64,000 nt of DNA from the NCBI RefSeq assembly GCF_006345805.1, contig NC_043012.1, forward strand, positions 10,478,001 to 10,542,000, given 5' to 3'. The position numbers and the translations under genes are program-made. Of this stretch, positions 13,404-25,330 are shown piece after piece (the stretch's first letter is position 1; the number at the start of each line of letters is the position of its first letter). The stretch comes from Octopus sinensis. Its lineage: Eukaryota. The notes beneath the pieces are model-generated. The model did no database searches and was not told where the DNA came from. It saw nothing but the letters and a program-made list of their open reading frames with translations.

Positions 13404-14039
13404 CTTAAGTCGTTAATAATATTCTTAAGATTGTAATAATATCTATACATTTTCCTTCCTTTTGCTGTTGTTATTGATGTCGCTGTTATTTGCTAAGGTC
13501 ACTCTTGTTTCCTTTGTTTTTATCAATGATGTCTAATGGAGAAGCCAAAATATTTGTTATTCTAAAAGTGCTCGGCATGCATCAGACAAAAAAAGTATTA
13601 ACCCTTCGCTGCGTTAACGATAAAACTGTACCTGTTTGTCAATTATTAAAACACCTCTTTCTGTTATCATTTTCTTAAAGATTAATTATTCTTTAACCTA
13701 TGCACAAGACATATTTCCTGGCTTATCTAGGATGCATCATCCGTAGTATGGCTCGGTATCATTGGGTGCGTCGTGTCTTTTAACCACATGCACCATTATC
13801 CAAGTGTCCCAGCCAGAACTGAGCGGTCACCGAGTTGGGTCCCAGCAGCTGTCATTCACAGGTAAACTCTATTAATCAAAATCCGCCTGGTAGTTTCACG
13901 GATTAAATCGTCCTTGTTGCCCTTTCCCATAGAAAGCGCAGTCGATCGAGGACTTCGCAAAGTGACTGTTCGAAAAAGCTGTCAGTCCAACTCCAGAGTC
14001 TCATAGTATAGCTTCCATCTCTGTTCGGCAAATCTCTTT

Positions 14040-14258
14040 GAGCGACGAGTTGGCAGACTCGTTAGCACGCTGGCCAAAATGCTTAAAGATATTTCGTCCG
14101 TCTTTGCGTTTTTAGTTCAAATTCCGCCGAGGTCGACTTTGCCTTTCATTCTTTCTGAGGTTGATAAAATTAATACCAGTTGAACACTGGGGTAGATGTA
14201 ATCGACTTATCCCCTACCCTGAAATTTCAGGCTTTGTGCCTAGAGGAGAAAGGATTAT
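14040..14258 (+). mobile_element. SINE group 2 (second tail variant)
   Basis: Same head and central domain; tail cccctaccctgaaatttcaggctttgtgcctagaggagaaagg. Confidence 0.8.
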
Positions 14259-14820
14259 TTAATTAAGCTCTGATATATATTAGGATATGAGAGTCGATGC
14301 TTGAAGTTTAGGATTCAAAGTGAAAAATGTTTTAAATGAACTAATTGTATTTCATTAATTATATTCCCCGAACACAAAAGAGTATTCAGTTAACATATAT
14401 CACTTTTATCAAAAGTAGATATACACCCATCTTTTACAAAAATTATATATATGAGCATACACATTCTGTTTTGTTGCTTTTTTTTCTGTATTGCTTTTTT
14501 CTGTATTGTTACCTTTAACCATGTTTTTTCTTGTGTTTGTGCGTATATAGACGTATGTATGAACTTTTACGGTACGCGTGTGTGTGTATGAGTTTGTATA
14601 TATATGCGTATACATTTGGCAAAAAATGCGAGTGAAGATGTGTACGTTTTCATAGTGACGTATACGTACGCACGTGTGTGCGTATGAGTAGGCATGCTTA
14701 CGTGTTTACTGTGAACTTTTAACCTTATTTTAATTAGCGGTCATTGGATTAGCGCTTTTATATAAGTAGCGGAATTATAATACAGTAATTTCCCTTTGTA
14801 TAGCGTTTTTCAGATGGCCA

Positions 14821-14881
14821 GATAACCGAAGAAATGGTGTTGTGGATTTCCACCTCGGCATTCGAAACTCAAAGTTTTATC
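14821..14881 (+). ncRNA. Degenerate type I hammerhead ribozyme (same family as 49341-49401)
   Basis: GATAA CCGAAGA [long stem II] GAA ACTCAAAGT T TTATC; U4C in the core and broken stem III; followed by (TA)n. Confidence 0.55.
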
Positions 14882-14917
14882 TTGGCTATTGAATAATTGT
14901 CACATATTATTTTACAG

Positions 14918-15052
<135 letters not shown>

Positions 15053-15499
15053 CAGATAAATTTTTAAAATTGATATCATTTCTGTCATCTGTTTCGATTC
15101 CAGATATTTGGAAATTTAATTGTCATAATTAAAACCATTTAAAATTCGAACAAGTATTTTCATTGGATTTTATTATCCCTTGATAAGGTTTGTAAGCTTT
15201 ATTTGAACTTATGTATACACACACAAACACACACATATATCTATGAATATCTTCCTCTGTGAGTTTGTCCCCCATTACTGCTTTGCAATCGGTGTTAGTG
15301 TGTTTACGTCCCCATAACTTAGCGGATCACCAAGAAAGGTCGATAGAATAAGTACCCGGGTTTAAAATAAAAGTACTGAGATTGATTCATTCGAAGAACA
15401 TTCTTTAAAGCGGCAGCCCATCTTGGCCGCAGTGTAATGATTGAAAAAGGTAATATATATATATATAAATATATGTATACGAATGAGTGGGGGAGGCCA

Positions 15500-15663
15500 G
15501 TCGATGACAACGACTCCAGTACGCAAGTGGTACTTATTTTTTGAACCTAAAATGTTGAAGGGCAAAGTCGACCTCGGCGGAATTTGAACTCAGAACGTAG
15601 CGGCATGTGAAAAATCGCTAGGTATTTCGCCCGGCGTGCTAACGTTTCTGCCAGCTCGTCGCC
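15500..15663 (-). mobile_element. SINE group 2, partial
   Basis: Reverse complement of ggcgacgagctggcagaaacgttagcacgcc..ccgaggtcgactttgccc. Confidence 0.8.
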
Positions 15664-15705
15664 TTTAAGAGCAGTTGTATTGAAATAGTTATTATAGAAG
15701 TTTAT

Positions 15706-16087
15706 GGAGGCGCAATGGCCCAGTGGTTAGGGCAGCGGACTCGCGGTCGTAGGATCGCGGTTTCGATTCCCAGACCGGGCGTTGTGAGTGTTTATTGAGC
15801 GAAAACACCTAAAGCTCCACGAGGCTCCGGCAGGGGACGGTGGTGATCCCTGCTGTACTCTTTCACCACAACTTTCTCTCACTCTTACTTCCTGTTTCTG
15901 TTGTACCTGTATTTCAAAGGGCCGGCCTTGTCACTCTCTGTGTCACGCTGAATATCCCCGAGAATTACGTTAAGGGTACACGTGTCTGTGGAGTGCTCAG
16001 CCACTTACACGTTAATTTCACGAGCAGGCTGTTCCGTTGATCGGATCAATCGGAACCCTCGTCGTCGTAACCGACAGAGTGCTTCCT
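15706..16087 (+). mobile_element. Full-length SINE body H1 + tail B inserted in the left Tc1 TIR
   Basis: 13-bp TSD ttatagaagttta at 15692-15704 and 16088-16100. Confidence 0.9.
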
Positions 16088-16348
16088 TTATAGAAGTTTA
16101 ACAGCACGTTGAGACTAGATATTTTTCACATATTTAGATACATTTAATATCTATCATTCATGAAAGCCTCAAGTGAGTCGAATAAATACTTCGTAAGTTA
16201 TGAAACAATAAACAAACAATCTTCCAAATTGCAGCGGCCAAAACTTAGAAAATTTGGACTAACCGAGGTATTTGCTGTTTAGAAGACTGTTAATGGGCTA
16301 ACTCTTATTTCTTATGATCTTACATTATTGGAACATTCATCTGTGAAC

Positions 16349-17360
16349 ATGGCAGCGTGTGAGAGGCGAACGGTGTCCTGTAATGAAAAACAAAGGATTG
16401 TGTACCTTCACCAAAAGGGCAAGTCAAATTATGTGATAGCAACTATTGTAGGAAGGTCTAGAAGTGTTGTGCAACGAATTGTAGCTCGTTTGAAGTCATC
16501 GACAGATGCTAAACCCCAAACCGGTAGACCTCGTAAAAATTCACCAAGACAGGATCGTATTATGATTAGAATGTTACTGAAGGATAGGTTTAAGAGTACT
16601 GCTGAGATATCTTGCCAGCTCAACTCCACTTCTGATGTCAACGTATCGTGCAAAACAGTTAAGCGGAGGTTACGCGATCTGGGCTGCTTGCTCGGGCAAC
16701 GTCAAAGAAATCTCTGATCGCCAAGAAGAATCAGAAAGCTCGTCTCCGTTTCGCTCACGAACATGTCGTTTGGACAGAAGAACAGTGGTTGCAGGTTCAT
16801 TTTAGCGATGAATCGAAGTTTAATTTGATTGGTCCCGATGGCGTGATGTACGTCCAACGAAGAAGTGTCGAAAGGTTATCTCGTGCATGTATGAAGAAGA
16901 CAATGAAATATAGAGGAGGCAGTGTAAAGGTATTGGGAGTGATCTCTGCTGCTGGTCCTGGTCCATTTATTCGCGTACGAGGGACTGTCAATGCTGAAAT
17001 CTACAAGCAGATTCTTAGACAGCATGCCCTTCTACCTCTCCGGTCCTCGTCAGTTCAACCACATATCTTCGTGCAAGACAACACTCACTGTCGCACTGCG
17101 AAGAGAGTCAAAGATTTTTTGAGTGATGAAAGAGTTGATCTCAGGGACTGGCCATCTTAAAGTTCGGATCTCAACCCTATAGAAAACGTATTGAAGATTA
17201 TTGAAGGCTCGAGGGAGAAACCCAAAGATCCTAGATGATCTCTGAGAATTATTGAAAGACGAATGGAACATTATTACTGCATCATTTTGCTAGAAATAAA
17301 TTCAGTTCTGCAGTAAGAGATGTCAGGAGGTCATATAGTAAAGGGATGTTCAGAAAATAA
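16349..17360 (+). pseudogene. Tc1 (DD34E) transposase pseudogene
   Basis: HTH region with GRPRK, then FSDE, QDN and S*SSDLNPIE with 34 residues between the second D and E; frameshift near 16690, stop at 17158-17160. Confidence 0.92.
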
Positions 17361-18604
17361 ATATTAATAGTAAGGGTCTCTTTTTTGTCCTTGTTCCATT
17401 TTTCAATGTTTTCCTAAGTGATCCTTAACGTTTGGCCGTTGCAGTTTGGAAGATTATTTGTTTATAACTTACGAAATATTTATTGCATTCACTTGAAACT
17501 TTTACGAGAGATAGATATTAGACACATCTAAATATGTGTAAAATATCTAGTTTCAACGTTTTGTTAATCCTTTATAATAAATATTTCAATACACTTGTTC
17601 TTACTAACCCTTATATTATGTTCGCTACTGTATATATAATATATATGTATACACTCCCCACATATATACTTTGATACTTTGATACTTTGATAGGTTTCGG
17701 CCATTATTGGCCCAGGCCATGTCTAACTTAATAGCACCACCTGGTGCTATATATATACATATATACATACATATATATATATATATATATGTGTGTGTGC
17801 GCGCGCGCATGTATGTATATACAGAGAGAGAAAGAGGGAGAGGGAGAGGGAGAAACAAGGGAAAATGTTTGCATTCTAAATTACATTTACTGCATATTGT
17901 AATCTACAGAGTCATTACCATTTTCATCGCATCTTCACAAGCAGATTTCTGTGATTTGTGGTGCTTCCCTCATCAGGAATTTAACATATTTTATACGACA
18001 AGAATAAAAGTGTTGAATGTATGATCCTGAAATACTTCAAGTTCCAGTAACAAAAAGAAACTGAGAATTCAAAGATTTTTGTGGGTGAGAAACACCTTAT
18101 ACGGGAAAGGGTAAAAGTAAGACTTGCTTTAGATTAAAAGTAGAAGTAAAGTTTTACGTGAAGATGATGGCAATGGCATTTCAGAATGTGCTATTTTTTT
18201 TTAATCGCTGTAAATTGATAAAGGTCTTCTATAGATATACTGAGATAAGTCTTTAGTATAATCTTTTAGAAAGGTGAATGAGTGAAAGCATTGATATCAA
18301 CTAAATGCGTTTGTTTGGAAGAGCAAGAAGTATCACAGGAGTGTTAGAAGAGACACAGAGGAAATGCAAAGGTTTGGTAAGGTAAGTGGTTATTGTGAAT
18401 GGAACAATGAAGATTTAAATTTCACTCTAAGGAATTACTTTAGATGCGTCCAGAATATAAAGCTCTCTTGTATCTAATCAACACTCTGACATCATAAGAG
18501 CCATGTGTGTACAGTAACGATTCGGCTATAATACTCGACTGCACTATAGGTGTGTTGCCCCTATAATTAAGGGTTTGGTGTGCCAGGATCTAGCATTTGC
18601 ATCG

Positions 18605-18640
<36 letters not shown>

Positions 18641-18669
18641 GGGGGGGGGATATGTGTGTATGTGTGTGT

Positions 18670-18975
18670 GGAAGCACATGGCCTAATGGTTAGAGCAGCA
18701 GACTCGCGGTCGAGGGATCACGGGTTCGAATCTCAGACTAGGCGATGTGTGTGTTTATGAGCGAAACACCTAAGCTCCACGCGGCTCCGGCAGAAGGTAA
18801 TGGCGAACTTCTTCAAACTCTTTCACTACAACTTTCTCTCATTCTTTCCTCCTGCATCTTGCAGCTCACCTGCGACGGATCGGCGTCCAGTTCAGGCGGG
18901 TATCCTATACGCCAAGGAAACTGGGAAACCGGCCCTATGAGCCAGGCGTGGCTCGAGAAGGAACAAACAAGCAGC

Positions 18976-18985
<10 letters not shown>
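18670..18985 (+). mobile_element. SINE body H1 + tail C
   Basis: gagcgaaacacctaagctccacg body followed by ggcgtccagttcagg..gggaaaccggccctatgagcc tail + (CAA)n. Confidence 0.75.
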
Positions 18986-19007
<22 letters not shown>

Positions 19008-19620
19008 GATATATATATATATATACATATATATAAGAAACCAAAGTGTACGTATGCCGCTATATATATAAAATATAAACTGGGACAAGAACGCAAAACA
19101 TCCAGATAGACGATACAAAGAAAACAAGGACCGGTCATTCGGAGTTTTCTTTCCTCAGTCAAGTTCCAGATTTTCTTTGCAATTTCGGCTGAATCAAACT
19201 CCAAAGATATAATCTGGAACTGTTAGGTGAAGGGGCTAACTCTAACAGGATGAAAAGGGAGCTGACTCGTACGAAATTTTGGGTGGTTTAAAACTGTATT
19301 ATGGCTAATAACTGTCTGGATCTACAAGCATATTTTTACATTCACACACACACACATGTATATAATGTATATTACTTTATTATCTCCCCTTCTTCCTAGC
19401 TCACATGTCAAACTATATTTTCCCAACCAGACATCATGATTGATCACTAAATCCACAAGTTTTTTTTATTCTCTCCCTGTTTATTTCCTCATATTTATTT
19501 CTGTTGAAGAGAGTAGGCTCGAAACGTTTGAGAATTTCTCACTTTCCCGAACGTCAAACCAATACACCTGCTCGTTGTTCATGCACCTGTCTTCGTCTTT
19601 TATTTATTTTCCTGTAAATT

Positions 19621-19692
<72 letters not shown>

Positions 19693-20222
19693 TATATAAA
19701 TATATATATATATTTAGTTTTATATATGTGCCAACCAAGTATAGCATCTCCTCCGCCTGGCTAAAATTTGAAACCAATATCAAAAATTAATTATTCAACA
19801 AAACTTTAAGATATCGTAAGAAAGCAATAATTTGTAACTGGCTGTGAGGTGGACTGAAAGATTTTAAGTGCTTGGAATTAGTAAATACAGTATCAGATAC
19901 AGATATTATCTTGATGGCTAATTGCACGGCACTTTATGATATAAATGGTTTTAAAGTTTGGTCAGCGAATTTGGGAAGTAGGTTAAGTCAACTACATCGA
20001 CCTTAATGTAAAAAGAAAGAAATGGTGGATACTCTAGAATTTAAGTACAGATAGATGGGTAGAGACAAAAGGAAAAGTAATACAGTGACGAAGTAGGTAC
20101 TAACAAACCGAGGGAGAATAGACAGCAAGAATGGGGCTAAAATTACACAGGATATACAAAATAACAATGAAAAAATACAAACAAATGAATTTAATAAAAT
20201 AAACATAGCAGGAAAAAAGGTC

Positions 20223-20480
20223 CAGTAATCACTCGCTATATCGTGGTTCACCTATCACACCCTCATTACATCGCGGATTTTTTTGGCTAATATATGTAAA
20301 TATATATCGCGCACTCCTCCGGATATTGCGGGTTTCTGCGGCCGATAGGTAAATATAATTTTTTAGATTTTAATTATTTCTGTGGTAAAATAATCATTTT
20401 AATGCCTAAAAATTAATAAATTAATAAATAAAAAATACAGTACAGTACTGTAAAAATATATATAAAATATATTAAAAGAA
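20223..20480 (+). mobile_element. pogo/Tigger-like transposon terminal fragment
   Basis: cagtaatcactcgctatatcgtggttcac resembles Tigger-type TIR starts; tacagtacagtactg motif; no partner end found. Confidence 0.4.
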
Positions 20481-21025
20481 AATACGTAGTGTATCGTAGG
20501 GAGTAAGCAAAGAATCGCACATACTATTATATGGAAAACGGGGTGGTAGAAAAGAGTGGATGTTGGGTGATAAACATACATATTACACTGATTCTAAGAA
20601 ACACAGTCATCCATACATTAATAGAGTTACTGTAAGTAAATATAAATTGGTCAGTAAGCAAATGGAACATTTTTGAAGTTGAGAGTTCCATCGCCCCTCT
20701 GTGCTTTTGTGTTTTGAGAGCAAGAGAAAGAGAGAGATGGAAGAGAGAGAAAGAGAAAGAAAAAGAGAGAGAAAGAGAAAGAAAAAGAGAGAGAAAGAGA
20801 AAGAGAGAGAGAGAGAGGGGACTGTATACGAATATCTTTGAGTAGTAAATATTCAATTAAAATATGACTCCGTGAAAGAAGATCATCATTCAACAGCTGG
20901 GAGTTGGTTCTCGTTGAATATGAATACTTGTATATGTACACTGACCTTTGTAAACTGTTCCAATCTATGACACATTTAGAGAAATTAGATATGGCGAAAT
21001 TTATGGAATGTTATTTCCTGTTTTT

Positions 21026-21420
21026 GAAGGCGTGTGCTTAGTGGCTAGCGTGTTCGTTTCACGATCGTATGGTCACGTGTTCGATTCCCGACGTTGCGTT
21101 ACGTTCTTAAGCAAAAACTTTTACTTCACATTGCTCCAGTTCGGTTCACGATCGTAAGTAAGGTCACGAGTTCAAATTTCCGGTGGCGTGTTGTGTCCTT
21201 GAGAAAGACACTTTATTTCACGTTGCTCCAGTCCACTAGGCTGGCAAAAATGAGAAATACCTGTATATCAAAGGGTCGGCTTTGTCACATTCTGTGTCAC
21301 GCTGAATCGCCCCTGAGAACTACGTAAAGCGTATGCTTGTCTGTGGAATACTCAGCCACTTGCCCGTTACTTTCACGAGCAACGGAGAAATCTCGTTGTC
21401 GTAACCGACTGAATGTCAGT
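21026..21420 (+). mobile_element. SINE body H2 + tail B with duplicated head
   Basis: Two successive tRNA-like head/body segments before one tail B. Confidence 0.7.
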
Positions 21421-21461
21421 TCTTGTGTTTCCGTATTGTTTTAACATAAGACAATACAAGG

Positions 21462-21906
21462 GGATTTTTTCAGTTTGAACGGCAGTTTTTAACATAATTT
21501 CTAGGTAACTAAAAAATTTTAAACCCCGTATACTGGTAGAATGTGTTTATAAAACATCTTTTTCTCTTGGCTTTATTGAGAAAACTCTATAGTTTGTAAG
21601 ATATTTGTCGTTTTTTTTCTTCAATTTCTGCAATTTCAACCAGTCAGTGACGTCTATTGAGTTAAAAAGCATTCTTTGCCGTATGAATATGTCCCTCGTT
21701 TAAGAAACAGATTGGGTTTATTTACATTTGTGAAGAAAAAAAGATACCCTTCCCCCACCCCTAACCCTAACCCTAACCCTAATCCTAACTAACCTTAACT
21801 CTAAAAGAAATTGAAATGCAATAGATCGGTTCTAGGGTTATAATTATGGGCGACAATTTCATATGAACAACCGCTAGAAAAACTGCCGTTCAAACCGAAA
21901 AGATCC
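21462..21906. mobile_element. 445-bp MITE with 29-bp TIRs and 8-bp TSD (Merlin-like)
   Basis: ggattttttcagtttgaacggcagttttt vs aaaaactgccgttcaaaccgaaaagatcc (2 mismatches); flanks atacaagg / atacaaag; internal (CCCTAA)4 at 21759-21782. Confidence 0.8.
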
Positions 21907-22057
21907 ATACAAAGATTTCGATGGCTGTTATTTCACTATAAGTAGATTTGTTTGGACAAGTTATTCATTGGCTTTTCTTCACTCGTTTGTACAATCACAT
22001 AAACTTAGATTTGCACATACATAAGTAGATTTATGAACTATATCTTTCCCAATATTA

Positions 22058-22278
22058 GGGCGGCGAGCTGGCAGAAACGTTAGCGCGCCGGGCGAAATGC
22101 GTAGCTGTATTTCGTCAGCCGTTACCTTCTGGGTTCAAATTCCGCCGAGGTCGACTTTGCCTTTCATCCTTTCGGGGTCGATAAATTAAGTACCAGTTAC
22201 GCACTGGGGTCGATATAATCGACTCAACCCGTTTGTCTGTCCTCTCTATGCTAACCCCTTGTGGGTAGTAAAGAAATA
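22058..22278 (+). mobile_element. Full-length SINE group 2 with 18-bp TSD
   Basis: tatatctttcccaatatt (22039-22056) / tatatttttcccaatatt (22279-22296). Confidence 0.9.
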
Positions 22279-22825
22279 TATATTTTTCCCAATATTTATG
22301 CTCATTGAAAGTGCTAAATTGTCACCTGTAGGGAGAGTGTCTCTTTGTAATTTGTGTCACTTGGCTTTCTTTAACTGACGTAGTGGTGTGGGGAGGAGGG
22401 GGCGGTCTTGATAGTTACCAGCAAAGACAGACATCGACGAGACCTCATTAATTATTTACTCAACAGAACATCGAGAGTGTGACAGTTGGAGAGTGAGAGA
22501 GGTGGAGGATAGAGGACGGAAGAGACATGTGTAAGAGGGAGGGGAGACAGGTGCAGGGGGAAACAGGTGGAGGGTGGAAGAAGGAGGGGAAGGTGGAGCG
22601 GTGACAGATGGGGTGAGAGAAGTGCAGGGGAGTCGGGTGGAGGGGAGACTTGTAGAGAGGGATAAAGCGGGGTAGAGGGGAAAGGGAGAGACGAAGGAAG
22701 CAGATGGAGTTTGAGACAATTGGAGGGGAGAGAAGGGAGGCCGGAAGAGGTGGCGGGTGAGACAGTTGGAGTGGGGACATGTACAGGAAGACTTAGGAGG
22801 AGGGGTGAGAGGGAGAGGACGAGTG

Positions 22826-23190
22826 AGTGGAATATTATTCCTAACTTACAGGGAAAAATTCAATTTAGAAATACTAATTCAAATTTCACAAAATATAATA
22901 TATATATAAAAATTAGAAAAAAACACCTTTTATCAATTCAAAATGAACAATTAAATTACACCACCTAGAAAATTACATATAATAGAAATATTAAAAATAA
23001 TAATAAAAAAAAATATATATATATACGTTTTTATTATTATTTTGCAATTTACATAATCATCGGGATATTATTGTTATTTTATTTTTAATATTATTATATG
23101 TAATTTTCTAGATGGTATAATTTAATTGTTCATTTTGAATTGATAAAAGGTGTTTTTTTTTCTAATTTAATATGTATATATATATGTATG

Positions 23191-23234
<44 letters not shown>

Positions 23235-23395
23235 ATATTATGTATATATATATGTATATGATATATAATATGTATATATATATAATATATATATTATATA
23301 TATATATATATATTATAATATTATATTATTTTGTGAAATTTGATTTAGTATTTCTAAATTGAATTTTCCCTGTAAGTTAGGAATAATATTCCCTC
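22826..23395. mobile_element. AT-rich foldback element
   Basis: ggaatattattcctaacttacagggaaaaattc.. is inverted at 23320-23392; inner arms aattagaaaaaaacaccttttatcaattc.. also inverted; one arm recurs at ~49080-49200. Confidence 0.8.
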
Positions 23396-23570
23396 AAATT
23401 ATTAAGATCTACAAGTATATTTATTAACGAGGTTACAAAGTAGTATAGTAACACCATTGCTAGAGACAAGAGTCAAAAAACGACTCAGTTAACCACAAAA
23501 AGCATTTATATTAATAGGTTGATGAAAGCTATGTACCGTCGTGAGACAAGCTTAGAACTGAAATAAATAT

Positions 23571-23612
23571 ATCCATAATTTGTGATTTCGAACTCAGTTC
23601 TCGTCAGTGGAT
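23571..23612 (-). ncRNA. Type I hammerhead ribozyme motif, stem III decayed
   Basis: ATCCA CTGACGA GAAC-TGA-GTTC GAA ATCACAAATT A TGGAT. Confidence 0.7.
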
Positions 23613-23708
23613 CTTACTACGCCTAAGGTTAAGCATAACTCACGTAGTATTTAAGCACTTGTATTTGAGTTGACGAAGCAAGTTATACTTAACCTTAGGC
23701 GCAGTAAG

Positions 23709-23766
23709 ATTCACTGGCGAGACCTGAAATGTAACGCATTAGAGGTCGAAATCAGGTGATATGGAT
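23709..23766 (+). ncRNA. Type I hammerhead ribozyme motif, A6G in core
   Basis: ATTCA CTGGCGA GACCT..AGGTC GAA ATCA-GG-TGAT A TGGAT. Confidence 0.7.
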
Positions 23767-23959
23767 ATATCTGCTTCACTTGTGTACTTGTCTCACTACG
23801 GTGAGTAGCTTTCTCTCTATCTCTCTCTCTCCCTCTCTCTTTCAACAAGTACTTCTTGTGGCTAATTGAGTTGTTTTTTGACTCTCTTTTCTAGCAAAGC
23901 TGGTACTATTTTGTACCCTTATATATATATATATATATATTTTTTTTTTTCATATAAAA

Positions 23960-24420
23960 GTAGCCGCCCTCAGCTTTTCACCATGTCCTCGATACGATTC
24001 CGGAATCTTACGCATCCGTTTCTTACTCTGATCCTGGGATGATCTTCGAGCATCTCTTTGATCTTGACCGCTAGATCACTTTTGACGTTGAGGGTACAGC
24101 GTTTGGTGTTTTTCTCAACCGCGCCTCTCACATAATAATCCATGGGTCTACAATCGAGAGAATTAGGAGGCCGGAAATTGGAGCTAGTGAAGTCATAGGG
24201 ATTCTTCGAGAACCAATTCTGACTCATTCTGGAAGTATGGTAAAGAGCTGAATCCTGCTCTCATACATTTAGCATTGGAGCAGCTGTCTTCCGTAGCCAA
24301 GTTCTGACCATAATATCCAGCAGTTTCATATCGCTGTTTCAATTTAGTCTAAAGCCCTGTTCAAAGATATCGGGTTGCTCTGTCCCCTTCTACTGGCCAC
24401 GGCTTCGCAGTTTCCACTGC
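23960..24420 (-). pseudogene. DD37D (maT-type) mariner-like transposase fragment
   Basis: ..EQDSALYHTSRMSQNWFSKNPYDFTSSNFRPPNSLDCRPMDYY: 37 residues between the second and third D. Confidence 0.8.
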
Positions 24421-25182
24421 AACAATCTATGTCACTTTTACACTCTGTACAGTTGTCACAGAACATTGAACAGCGACCATTTATGATACCCAGCGGTAAT
24501 CATCATGACACGAGTAACTTTATTCAAATATTCAGCTGGCTTCTATTCTGCCATGTCAGTTAACATTTTCTCAGCTGCATCTTTAATCTTTATGCTCTCC
24601 AAACGCCGTGCATCAAGCTGTCTCCGAAACAAAAAGAAACGACATAAGATGTCACCATATTTAGGTTGAACACCTTGTACATATATGTATGCGTGTGTGA
24701 GTGTGCATGGACAGTCTGGTCACATTCTGCATTAAGAAACCCTCCAAAGATCTTACGGTCTTGGCAGAACGTTAGAGTGCAAAAAGAAGTGCCTTGTAAC
24801 ACTTCTTATATGTCATCATGTACTCTGTTCAAATCCCGCCGGGTTAAATTTATCACCCATTTCAGGGCGGATAACCTACAGCAGCGATCCAGAACTGTGA
24901 AATGGTGGAAGTGAAAGAATGACAAACGGAAAGTTTCGTAGTATTGGTACCGACACTTTGCATTCAGCGTATTTGGGTAGAAGACTTAATCTCCCTCTTG
25001 CATAACACACTAACCTTACCGGTAACAACCTTTAGCTGGATTCGTTCTGTTGCAGTTTACAGTTGAATATAATTTCTGAGACTCTAGAAACTAAGCGGTG
25101 TCATAGATTAATGTCCTTCTCTCCCTGACTAAACAGTAGAGAAAATGACTTGCCCTTCTCAAATACTGCAATATTTTAAATG

Positions 25183-25330
25183 TCTCTTATATAAAATCCG
25201 TTATGTCTGTGTGTGTGTCTTATCGGATCTCGGATATCCTCCATCCGATTGCGCTCAAATTGGATATGTAGATACCGACGTTATCAGGGCGTGTAGAAGT
25301 CTTGAAAAAATTACAAAAATTGATTCCAGG
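25183..25330 (+). mobile_element. Possible Helitron/Helentron-type non-autonomous 5' end
   Basis: tcttatataaaatccgttatgtctgtgtgtgtgtc..ccgattgcgctcaaattggatatgtag pattern; no 3' hairpin identified. Confidence 0.35.

Larger units (their letters stand above)
15665..17630 (+). mobile_element. Tc1-family DNA transposon, decayed, with long (~215 bp) TIRs
   Basis: The reverse complement of 17415-17630 aligns with 15665-15704 + 16101-16255; right end ...ctactg|TA; central transposase relic. Confidence 0.85.
23425..23912. mobile_element. Foldback element with a hammerhead motif in each arm (inverted Penelope-type pseudo-LTR pair)
   Basis: Arms ~23425-23642 and ~23675-23912 are diverged inverted copies (e.g. 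aagagtcaaaaaacgactc / gagttgttttttgactctct). Confidence 0.75.

Noticed and set aside
15706-15780. tRNA-like sequences with A and B boxes
   Set aside because: They are SINE heads that continue into SINE bodies; I saw no complete cloverleaf, so no tRNA genes are called
17940-17980. CTGATGA on the minus strand
   Set aside because: No stem II, stem III or stem I closure
18000-18560. Possible old L2/CR1-type RT relic on the minus strand (VEYYSRI, NAIA-like words)
   Set aside because: Too decayed to support by eye; needs a profile search
19120-19225. CTGAGGA..GAAT on the minus strand with a local inverted repeat
   Set aside because: GAAA/A15.1 and stem I complementarity are missing; kept only as a dispersed repeat also seen at 7398 and 36050
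19498-19535. TTGAAGA GAG-TAGG-CTC GAA ACGT T hammerhead-like motif
   Set aside because: Core and stem II look right but stem I does not pair in this copy; at best a decayed relic
21759-21800. Telomeric repeat as a chromosome-end or fusion signature
   Set aside because: Only four perfect units, and they are internal to a MITE
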